From positions 17,362,001 to 17,422,000 of the forward strand of contig CM059432.1 of the NCBI GenBank assembly GCA_030390025.1: a stretch of 60,000 nucleotides of DNA, in the 5' to 3' direction. A program made the translations under genes and the position numbers. This stretch comes from Squalus acanthias (lineage: Eukaryota). Under the pieces are notes generated by a model, which did no database searches, was not told the origin of the DNA, and saw only the letters and a list, made by a program, of their open reading frames with translations. This document shows positions 50,420 through 60,000 of this stretch, one piece after another (within the stretch, counting starts at the first letter, position 1; each line of letters begins with the position of its first letter).

Positions 50420-51574
50420 TCAATGTGAGATAGTAATGTTGAATGGGGAATTGGGGTTGCGTTCACTCGTACCGCAGGCGGATGTTTCGATCCCCGATAT
50501 CCCAGCCAGAAAGGGGCAGTCTGGGTTGCCTCCTTCTGCTTCTTCCTCCTCCTCTTCCTCTCCTCCTCCTCCTGAGCTGGAAGCCGTATCGCTGGGGGCA
50601 CGGACTATGCCCTCATGCTGGCCAGGTTGTGGCGGATACAGCAGACCACGACGAATCGGGACACTGTAGGGCTCCTCCAGAGCGGTCCAGGCAGCGGAAG
50701 AGTTGTTCAAAGATGCCAATGGTCTGCTCTCCGATGTTCTGTGTGGTGGCATGTCTCCCGTTGTATGCATGCTGCCCATGTGTGGTTGGGTTACGGAGCA
50801 GAGTCATGAGCCAGGTGGTCAAGGGATAGCCCTTGTCGCCACCCTTCTAGTTTGTCTTGGTGGCTCAAAGACTGAGGGGAGCAGCGGACTGGCACAGTAT
50901 AATAGCATCATGACTGCTGCCAGGATACTGGGCATTCACCATCATGATATGCTGAGCATGGTCGCACACCAACTGCATATTCAACGAGTGGTAACCTTTG
51001 CAGTTGCGGTACATCTCAGCATTAATATACAGTGCCCACAAAGCCACGTGCATGCAGTCGATGGCACCCTGCACTATGGGCATGTCTACTATCCTGACAA
51101 AGCCACGTGCTCCTTCTGCTTCTCTCTGGTCAGAGAGAAGACAATTAAATCCCTTCTCCTGGCATAAAGAACTTCTGTCTCCTCTCTTATGCAACAGTGA
51201 ACAGCGATTTGGGAGATGTTACAGATGTCACCTGCTCCAGCCTCGAAGGATCCCGACGTGAAGAAATTCAGGGCCACGGTCACCTTCACAGCCAGTGGCA
51301 ACGTTGTCCTTGCCCTGGAGTGAGGCTGCAGGTCTGGTTCCAGGAGGTGGCAGAGTTCTGTGAGCACCTCCTTGGTGAAGTGGAGCCTCCGAATACACTG
51401 CTCCTGGCTTAAGTGCAGGTAGGAGAAGTCCTCTCGAAAGACCCTAGGTGGGTAAAGCCTCCTGCTGAGAGCTCTTCTCCTCCTCTTCCACCTCCCTCTG
51501 CAAGCAGCTTGTCATCTTGTTTGCTGCCTCTGCTCCACCTCCCTGTCATGCCGCACGCCAACTAGTGCACCCAT
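50420..51574 (-). pseudogene. Harbinger DDE transposase (HARBI1-like), frameshifted
   Basis: VTVALNFFTSGSF, VQGAIDCMHV, KGYHSLNMQLVCD, YPGSSHDA, GDKGY, EQTIG..FRCLDRSGG. Confidence 0.9.
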
Positions 51575-52132
51575 GACTGGGAGCAAGTGGTCTGACCAGA
51601 ACCCTTGAATTCAGAAGCAAGGTCATCTCCACTTGCAGCACCACTCCCTGTCACCTCACCAACTTTAAACAACTCTAAAAACTCCAAACAGTTCCACAAA
51701 CTTACACAGAGCCAGTAGAAAGCAGATAGCAAGTTACCTGAAAGTTGTTGATGATCCCTTTAAATATCACTGGTGGGGGGGTCCTTCCTGCTGCTGAACG
51801 CATGTTCAGATGTGCGCGATTAAGAGAGGGCGTTAGCTCCAGCGATGATGAGGTAAATGCCAGCTGATTGGCGTCACGATTTGCCTACTTACCGCCGTAC
51901 CGCCCTCACCAAGATGGCGTCTGTGTAAGGAAATCTCTTAACTCAATTAAATGATTCCTCGTGGTTCAGGCTCGAGCGTATTGTCCAAATGCAAGTTTAC
52001 TACTCAGACACCAATAGCATAATAACTATTACGGTTATACAATAGACACAATACAACCTGGTTTCCTGCAGACCCGAGATAATCAAGCTTGGCCTCCGTA
52101 GGTGTTGGACTTCCGACCATCCCGTGAGCTCT

Positions 52133-53187
52133 CTTCTCTCTCTTAGGCAGTCCCTCGGAACCGAGGATGACTTGCTTCCACATTAAAAATGAGTTCTCAG
52201 GTGACTGATGAGTCCAATGTGGGACCTACAGTCTCTGTCACAGGTGGGGCAGACGGTGGTTGAAGGGGCGGGTGGGTGGGGTGCTTGGGTTGACGTGCGC
52301 TCCTTGCGCTGCCTGCGCTTGGCTTCCGCTTGCTCCCGGCGAAGAGACTCGAGGTGTTCGGCGCCTTCCCGGATGCTTCTCCTCCACTTTGTGCGGTCTT
52401 GGGCCAGGGATTCCCAGGTGTCGGTGGGGATGTTACACTTTTTCAAGGAGGCTTTGAGGGTGTCCTTGAAGCGTTTCCTCTGCCCACCTGGGGCTCTCTT
52501 GCCGTGCCGGAGCTCCGAGTAGAGCGCTTGTTTTGGGAGTCTCGTATCGGGCATGCGGACAATGTGACCCGTCCATCGGAGCTGATCGAGCGTGGTCAAA
52601 GCTTCGATGCTGGGGATTTGGCCTGAGCGAGAACACTGACGTTGGTGCGCCTATCCTGCCAATGGATTTGCAGGATCTTGCGGAGGCAGCGTTGGTGGTA
52701 CCTCTCCAGTGCTTTGAGGTGCCTGCTGTACATGGTCCATGTCTCTGAGGCATACAGCAGGGCGGGTATCACTGCTGCTTTGTAGACCATGAGCTTAGTG
52801 CCGGGTTTGAGGTCCTGGTCTTCAAACACTCTCTTCCTCAGGCGACCGAAGGCTGCACTGGCACACTGAAGGCGGTGTTGGACTTCGTCGTCGACGTCTG
52901 CCCTTGTTGACAGTAGGCTCCCGAGGTATGGAAAGTGGTCCACGTTGTCCAAGGCCTTGTCGTGGATTTTGATAATCGGGGGGCAGTACTGTGTGGCGGG
53001 GGCAGGTTGGTAGAGGACCTTTGTCTTACGGATGTTTAGTGTAAGGCCCATGCTCTCGTACGCTTCGGTGAAGGTGTTGACGATGGTTTGGAGTTCGACC
53101 TCCGAGTGAGCGCAGATGCAAGCATCATCTGCATACTGTAATTCGACGACAGAGGATGGGACGACCTTGGATCTGGACTGGACTGGA
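52133..53187 (-). mobile_element. RTE-clade LINE, 5'-truncated
   Basis: LQYADD, FPYLGS, LLYASETW, RWTGHIVRM..RLPK, GGQRKRFKD and a C-terminal CxxC..HxxxH; 12-bp TSD CCCGTGAGCTCT. Confidence 0.92.
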
Positions 53188-53418
53188 CCCGTGAGCTCTA
53201 ACTGTTCTTTTGTTTCCCTCTTTTTACCCATCTGTCACATGTTCAAAAAAACCCTTCCAGGCATCCTTAAAATACCTTCCCCTTTAATGAGAGTCATGTC
53301 ACATGATGCACAGAATGTATACTAATCCTGACGTAACAGCCATCTTGATGGTTTAACTGCTAATCAATTTAACCTGACGTATCCTGCCTTGACATTACAA
53401 AAGGAACAGGAGATGATC

Positions 53419-53610
53419 TGGGTGGTAGAGGCAGAGACCCTCACCACATTTAAAAAGTGCTTGGATGTGCACTTGAAGTGCCGTAACCTACAGGGCTACG
53501 GACCCAGAGCTGGAAAGTGGGATTAGACTGGATAGCTCTTTGTTGGCCGGTGCGGACGCGATGGGCTGAAATGGCCTCTTTCCGTGCTGTAAATTTCTAT
53601 GATTCTATGG
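53419..53610 (+). mobile_element. CR1 3' tail
   Basis: Matches 5881-6070. Confidence 0.85.
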
Positions 53611-54043
53611 ACAATACCAAATAGTTAATGTGACACTGCTACGTGTTAGCTTGGGTGCTTCCATTGTTCTAGCCAATCTGACATTAGCACCTCACACGGG
53701 ATGTAGCCAACCCGTCTGCTTGTTGCTACTCCCCCATTGTTCTGACTAATCTCCAATATTAGCATATCCTAATCAGACAATGGCCCAGAGACATTATGAT
53801 TAACTTTGAAGGGACACCTGGCACAAAGCAAGTTCTAACAGTCTGACGCGGCCCACGCCAGACGTGTGTGTGTGCGCTGCTTGGACGCCATTTTGGTCCC
53901 AATATGGCACCCTAGCACCCAAACAACGGGCAGTATGCAACCGAATTTCGAGGCCACTAAGTTAACATGTTTTAGATTGTAAAAGTGGGTATTGTATTTT
54001 CGTGACCAGTGGCTAATTTCACCAATAATGGTAATATATATTA

Positions 54044-54922
54044 CAACAACAACAATTTGTATTTATAAAGCACCTTTAACATAGTAAAACGTCCCAAGGC
54101 GCTGCACAGGAGTATTTTAAGACAAAAAATTTGACACCGAGCCACATAAGGATAAATTAGGGCAGGTGACCAAAAGCTTGGTCAAAGAGGTAGGTTTTAA
54201 GGAGCGTCTTAAAGGAGGAAAGAGAGGTAACGAGGTGGACAGGTTTAGGGAGGGAATTCCAGAGCTTAGGGCCCAGGCAACAGAAGGCACAGGCCACCAA
54301 AGATTGAACGATTATCATCCGGGATCCTCAAGAGGGCGGAATTAGAGGAGCGCAGCTATCTCGGGGGGTTGTGGGGCTGAAGGAGATTACAGAGATAGGA
54401 AGGGGCGAGGCCATGGAGGGATTTGAAAACAAGGATGAGAATTTTGAAATCGAGGGGCTGCTTAACCGGGAGCCAATGTAGGTCAGCGAGCACAGGGGTG
54501 ATGGGCGAATGGGACTTGGTGCGAGTTAGGACACGGGCAGCCGAGTTTTGGATGACCTCAAGTTTACGTAGGGTGGAATGTGGGAGGCCAGCCAGGAGTG
54601 CGCTGGAATAGTCAAGTCTAGAGGTAACAAAGGCATGGATGAGGGTTTCAGCAGCGGATGAGCTGAGGCAGGGGCGGAGACAGGCGATGTTACGGAGGTG
54701 GAAGTAGGCGGTCTTTGTTATGCTGCGGATATGTGGTCGGAAGCTCATTTCAGGGTCAAATATGACACCAAGGTTGCGAGCAGTGTGGTTCAGCCTCAGA
54801 CAGATGTTAGGGAGAGGGATGGAGTCAGTGGCTAGGGAACGGAGTTTGTGGTGGGGACCGAAAACAATGGCTTCGGTCTTTCCAATATTTAATTGGAGAA
54901 AATTTTTGCTCATCCAGAACTG
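54044..54922 (-). mobile_element. L2 LINE 3' part
   Basis: LQLNIGKTE, AFVTSRLDY, QNSAAR, LHWLPV; TTG-repeat tail. Confidence 0.92.
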
Positions 54923-55619
54923 ATGAATTAGATGAATTTCCGCGAAAGTCCAATTAATAAGGTTAATGAGATACATTGAAGCAAATATTATATATTGTCA
55001 CTGAGTAGCCAAATATCTCAAGCTCAAGCTTTAAGTAGTATATTAATAGAAACGTTGATTGTGTGTGAGAAAATGCTATCTAACTATCAACCATCTGTGT
55101 GGGAACCTCGGTTGTTTTTGTCAAATGAAATCTGAGAGTAGCTTACCTCTATATGGTACACTGTCACACCACATGATGATTGTCTAGTGCAGTGAAATGG
55201 AACAAAACACACCCGAAAGCATCCCGCACAAGTAGCTCACCAACAGGCTGGCTCCACCTTCTCAAGGGCAACAAGGGGTGGACAATAGATGCCGGTCTTG
55301 CCAACGACGCCCACTTCCTGAGAATGAATATAACAAAAAAAAATGCAGGATAATTAAACTGACTGCAACTTCTGTCAGTCTCATCACCTTTTTGAATGGT
55401 ATTTTTTACAGTTTATTGCTTCATCAAATTCGCGTATGGTGATTTAAAATTGTTCCATTAACAAGGATTGACTTTGGAGGCCATAAGTAGAGAACAGGGG
55501 ACTTTAGTCACAGTGTTACAGAAAAACTACTAAGAAAGAAAGACTGACATTTATATAGCGCCTTTCACGACCTCAGGACATCCCAAAGCGCTTTACTTTT
55601 TGAGGTACTTTTTGAACCT

Positions 55620-58325
55620 CAACCCCGGGTAAATATCAGGGCCAATGAATGTGGACAAATGTGTGACAATTTCCTCTGGTCTGAATCTCTGGCAAGCATG
55701 GGCTCTGTGCGCTGGACGCCATCAATGTAAATGGGTTTGTGCGCGCGGGGGAGGGGGAGATAGTGAAGGAGGAGGAAGTGCAACAGGAAGTGGAGGAACA
55801 GGAAGAGGAGGGGAGGATACAACGTAGACAGCCCCTTTGACTCCACTCACTTCCTCCAAATTAAAGGTATTGCTATGGGTCCTAGCTATGCCTGCCTTTT
55901 CATGGGATATGTGGAACATTCTTTGTTACAGTCCTACTCAGGTCCCCTCCCTCACCTCTTTTTTCCGGTACATTGATGACTGTATTGGTGCCGTTTCCTG
56001 CTCTTGCCATGAACTAGAAAATTTCATTCAGTTTGCTTCCAATTTCCACCCTTCCCTCACCTTCACATGGTCCATCTCCGACTCTTCCCTTCCCTTCCTC
56101 GACTTCTCTGTCTCCATTTCTGGGGATAGGCTATCAACCAACATCCACTATAAACCCACCGACTCCCACAGCTACCTGGACTACACTTCCTCCCACCCCG
56201 CTTCCTGTAAGGACTCTATTCCATTCTCCCAGTTTCTCCGTCTCCGCTGCATCTGTTCTGACGATGCCACCTTCCATACCAGTGCTTACAGTATGTCTTC
56301 CTTTTTCCTCAACCGAGCATTCCCCTCTACCATGGTTGACATGGCCCTCGACCGTGTCCGTTCCATTTCCCGCACTTCTGCTCTCACCCCTTCCCCTCCC
56401 TCCCAGAACCACGATAGGGTTCCCCTTGTCCTCACCTTTCCCCCCACCAGCCTCCACATTCAATGGATCATCCTGCACCATTTCCGCCACCTCCAGCGTG
56501 AACCCACCACCAAACACATCTTCCCCTCACCTCCCCTTTCAGCATTCCGAAGGGACCGCTCCCTCCGCGACACCCTGGTCCACTCCTCTATCACCCCCAA
56601 CACCCCTTCCCCTTCGCCCGGCACCTTCCCGTGCAAGCGCAGGAGATGCAACACCTGACCTTTTACCTCCTGCCTTCCCACCATCCAGGGCCCCAAACAC
56701 TCCTTCCAGGTGAAACAGCGATTACTTGTACTTCTTACAATTTAGTGTATTGTATTCGCTGCTCACGATGCGGTCTCCTCTACATTGGGGAGACCAAACG
56801 CAGATTGGGTGACCGCTTTTCGGAACACCTCCGTTCAGTCCGCAAGCGTGACTCCGAGCTTCCGGTCGCCTGTCACTTTAATTCTCCGCTCCACTCCCAC
56901 TCTGTCCTCTCCGCCCTCGGCCTCTTACACTGTTCCAACGAAGCTCAATGTAAGCTCGAGGAACAGCACCTCATCTTTCGATTAGGCACTTTACAGCCTT
57001 CTGGACTTAACATCGAGTTCAACAATTTCAGACTATAACCTCGGCCCCTGTATTTCTTTATATATTTTTTTGCTCTCTTGTTTCCTCACATGGCAGCTGT
57101 TAATGTCGCTGCCATCATCATTCACACCTCATCTAGTCATCTTTTGTTTCTTAACTTGTCCCATTACCATCTCCTTTTGCCTTGCACCATCATCCCTTTT
57201 GTCAGTCAATCTCTCCTGTCTTCCACCCTATCACAGACCTTCCCTTTGTTCTTTCCTCCCCTCCTCCCTGCCCCTGCTTAAAAATCTCTCCTCCCTAACC
57301 TTTTCCAGTTCTGACGAAGGGTCCCCGACTCGAAACGTTGACTCTGTTTCTCTCTCCTCGATGCTGCCTGACCTGCTGAGTGTTTCCAGCATTTTCTGTT
57401 ATTTCAGATTTCCAGCATCTGCAGGATTTTGCTATTGTAGACAGCCCCTTTCTGCCTGGGCTCTACGTGATCAAATAATTAATGAGAGATACCAGTAAGC
57501 TCAACCACAACTCTCCATTCACCAACAGTCCTTACCTTTTCTTTCTCACTGACCATCACAACATTGTCTGTTTAACAACACAAAAATAAAAGCCAACAGA
57601 AAATGCACATTCCAATCTAAATTTATAAATAAAATCATGACATAATGCATACAAAAATAAACTAATCTCTCTTAGTGCCTCTTCTGTGTGTCTTTGCTTC
57701 TCCCAGTGGGCCTACGAGGTACTTCCCCAGTGGCTGCAGCTTGGCTGGTGGAAGGCTGCTGACCTTCAATTGAGAAGACTGCAGATGGCCTTGGATGGCA
57801 ATCTCAAGCAGCTCTGGGCCTAGGGGGCCTGGCTTCAAACTGCACCATCATGGCCTGGGCTGCAGCAGTCTGGGTTGGCAGGCTGACAGGCAACAGCAAG
57901 GGAACCGGCGGTGTGGCAGGGGTGGGAGCAGGAATTCTGTCATCCTGGGAGAAGACAGCAGGTTCGTACTCCATGGAGCCAGTGCCACTCTCCCGGGGCG
58001 GCGCCTCAGCAATCCTAGTAATCTGTTGGAGAACAGATTGATGGACTGCGGTGATGCTCTGGAAGCCCCTTTGCACACTGGTATCCAGAGCCATGAAGGC
58101 AGGACTCTGAGATTGCATGGAAGGAGTCTGAGCTTCCCCTGCAGCACTCACTCCTGTGGTGGATGCTGCTTGTACTGCAATGGAAGCTGAGACATCGGCC
58201 ATCAGACGCTGCATCATGGTGTGTTCCACAGGGGTGCTGATTGAGGTGATCACCCGTTCCATGTTGGAAAGGATGGGCTCCAAGCTCTGCGCAAATCTCT
58301 GTGCCAAGTTGGAGCTGGACTCCTC
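55620..58325. mobile_element. Second Harbinger remnant (transposase 3' end +, Myb-protein C-terminus -) split by a Penelope
   Basis: 57804-58307 is similar to 49627-50109; the transposase tail resumes after the TSD at 57452. Confidence 0.65.
55839..57436 (+). mobile_element. Penelope family-1 element: RT (YIDD), GIY-YIG, pLTR with hammerhead at 57307-57343
   Basis: FFRYIDD, LPFLD, YKPTDSHSYL, YIGETKRRL; 15-bp TSD GTAGACAGCCCCTTT. Confidence 0.95.
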
Positions 58326-60000
58326 GCGGGAAAAATTCAGTGGCGCCCCCTTTGGGGCGCTAACTTTGCCGGGGCGCTACTATTAGCGCCCTGAAAAAGT
58401 TAGCGCCCCTGCGCCATAAATTCAGTGGTAGCGCCTCAAAAAGGAGGCGGGGCGCTACTGGAAGCGCTCCCCCTCCTTCCTGGGGCGCTCACATTGAATA
58501 TCGCAGCGCTAGGTGCAACAGCGCCACGCGCGTCGGCACGTAGCGCCGCGGTATTGCAGGCCTCCCTCCCGATTAAAGGAGAGGGGCCTAGCACTGCGCG
58601 CACTGGGGCCCTGCTGGACCACCGGGGAGCGGGGTGCTGGGAAAATAGCCCTGCACTCAAGAGGAGTACCGAGCTGAGTGATCGTGGCCGTCACCCCGCA
58701 TAAAAAAGCAGAAGGGGACATAGATACATAGATACATAGAAGATAGGAGCAGGAGTAGGCCATCCGGCCCTTCGAGCCTGCTCCGCCATTTAATGAGATC
58801 ATGGCTGATCCTCCAATTCAGTATCCCGTCCCCGCCTTCTCTCCGTAACCCTTAACCCCTTTTGCCTGTAGAAATATATCTAATTCCCTCTTAAATATAT
58901 TTAATGAGCTGGCGTACACTGCCCTCTGTGGCAATGAGTTCCACAGGTTCACCACCCTCTGAGTGAAGAAATTCCCCCTCATTTCTGTCCTAAATGGTTT
59001 AGCCCTTATCCTTAAATTATGTCCTCTAGTTCTGTTCTCACCCGCCAAGGGAAACATTCCTTCTGCATCTAGTCTGTCTAGACCTGTCAGAATTTTATAC
59101 ACTTCTATGAGGTCCCCTCTCAATCTTCTAAACTCCAGTGTGTACATCCCTAAACTACATAGTCTCTCCTCATAGGTCAATCCCGCCATTCCTGGTATCA
59201 GCCTGGTGAATCGCCGCTGCACCCCCTCCATGGCAAGAACATCTTTCCTCAGATGAGGCGACCAAAACTGTACACAGTACTCGAGGTGTGGTCTCACCAG
59301 TGCCCTGTACAGCTGCAGCAAGGTATCCCTGTTCCTGTATTCCAACCCTTTTGCTATGAAGGCCAGCATACCGTTTGCCTTCTTGACCGCCTGTTGCACC
59401 TGCATGCTCGCCTTCAGTGACTGGTGTACAAGAACACCCAGGTCTCTCTGTACTTCCCCCTCTCCCAATTTATTGCCATTTAAATAATAATTTGCCCTCC
59501 CGTTCCTGCACCCAAGGTGGATAACTTCGCACTTGTCCACATTATAATGCATCTGCCATTTATCCGCCCAATCACCCAGTCTGTCCAAATCGCTCTGGAG
59601 CTTCCTGGTCTCCTCCTCTGAGCCCACCCCCCCTCCTAGTTTAGTGTCGTCTGCAAATTTGGAAATGCTGCATCCGACTCCCTGATCCAGGTCATTAATG
59701 TAAATTGTGAACAGGTGCTGGCAAGCAGCAAAAAAAAAAATGACCGCCCGGCACCTGCCCTTTAATTTGCGCCGCCGTGGCCACAAAAACACCACCCTTA
59801 CACCATCGGATATATCGTCCGGCGGTAGGTCAGGGGGCGTGGGGCGCTGCGTATAGCAATGATGTCATCGCCAGAAGCACAGCGTCACTGGGCGTTACCG
59901 GCTACTGCCGCCGCTAACCTCCCGCTGAATTTCGCGGGAGGCGTTAGCGGCGCCGCGCCCAGGCAGTAGGGGCTTTAGGCCTGTTAGCGCCCCCCGGGGG
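58326..60000. mobile_element. GC/CpG-rich non-autonomous DNA transposon with GCGCT/TAGCGCC subterminal repeats, split by a CR1 and running off the window
   Basis: Repeated motifs on both sides of the CR1; left end matches 4531-4625. Confidence 0.55.
58718..59713 (-). mobile_element. CR1 5'-truncated copy with an open RT C-terminal frame (distinct subfamily, ATCTATGT tail)
   Basis: ORF 58818-59713 from [10 protein letters not shown] through FADD to the stop. Confidence 0.95.

Larger units (their letters stand above)
51924..53840. mobile_element. Second solo LTR family (~660 bp after removing nested RTE and CR1 tail)
   Basis: TGTAAG...CTAACA termini with a 5-bp TSD GTCTG (51919-51923, 53841-53845). 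Confidence 0.8.
49315..53955. mobile_element. PIF/Harbinger transposon remnant: Myb-protein C-terminus (+, ~49315-50298) convergent with transposase (-)
   Basis: Two convergent ORF remnants and a TIR-like end CCGAATTTCGAGGCC at 53955; interrupted by a solo LTR. Confidence 0.8.

Noticed and set aside
50420..51574. Host HARBI1 gene
   Set aside because: Frameshifted, paired with a convergent Myb ORF and a TIR-like end, so it is a transposon copy.

Overview
Eukaryotic, repeat-dominated genomic DNA, almost certainly from a cartilaginous fish (shark-type V-SINE/HE1-like and Deu-domain SINEs, abundant CR1 LINEs). Most of the window is nested transposable elements. These include several CR1 families (one with an SGNH-esterase ORF1, one headed by a tRNA-like sequence), L2, RTE, and two Penelope-like (GIY-YIG) families carrying minimal hammerhead ribozymes. 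DNA transposons include PIF/Harbinger elements (DDE transposase plus an intron-containing Myb/SANT gene), Harbinger, hAT and Tigger MITEs. There are three copies of a ~1.6 kb TG..CA LTR, a second solo LTR, and a 1.6 kb 25-bp minisatellite. No host gene can be called with confidence; only a few candidate small exons are visible. The most notable observations are: nine dimer-type hammerhead motifs with covarying stems; an 18-bp hairpin with five fully compensated changes shared by two MITE copies; a 220-bp target duplication around a CR1; an LTR with an apparently very long R region and a near-invariant structured U3 block; a LINE headed by a tRNA-like Pol III promoter; and a SINE/CR1/LTR mosaic inserted into a Penelope ORF. 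All family names come from motif recognition by eye; no database search was run.
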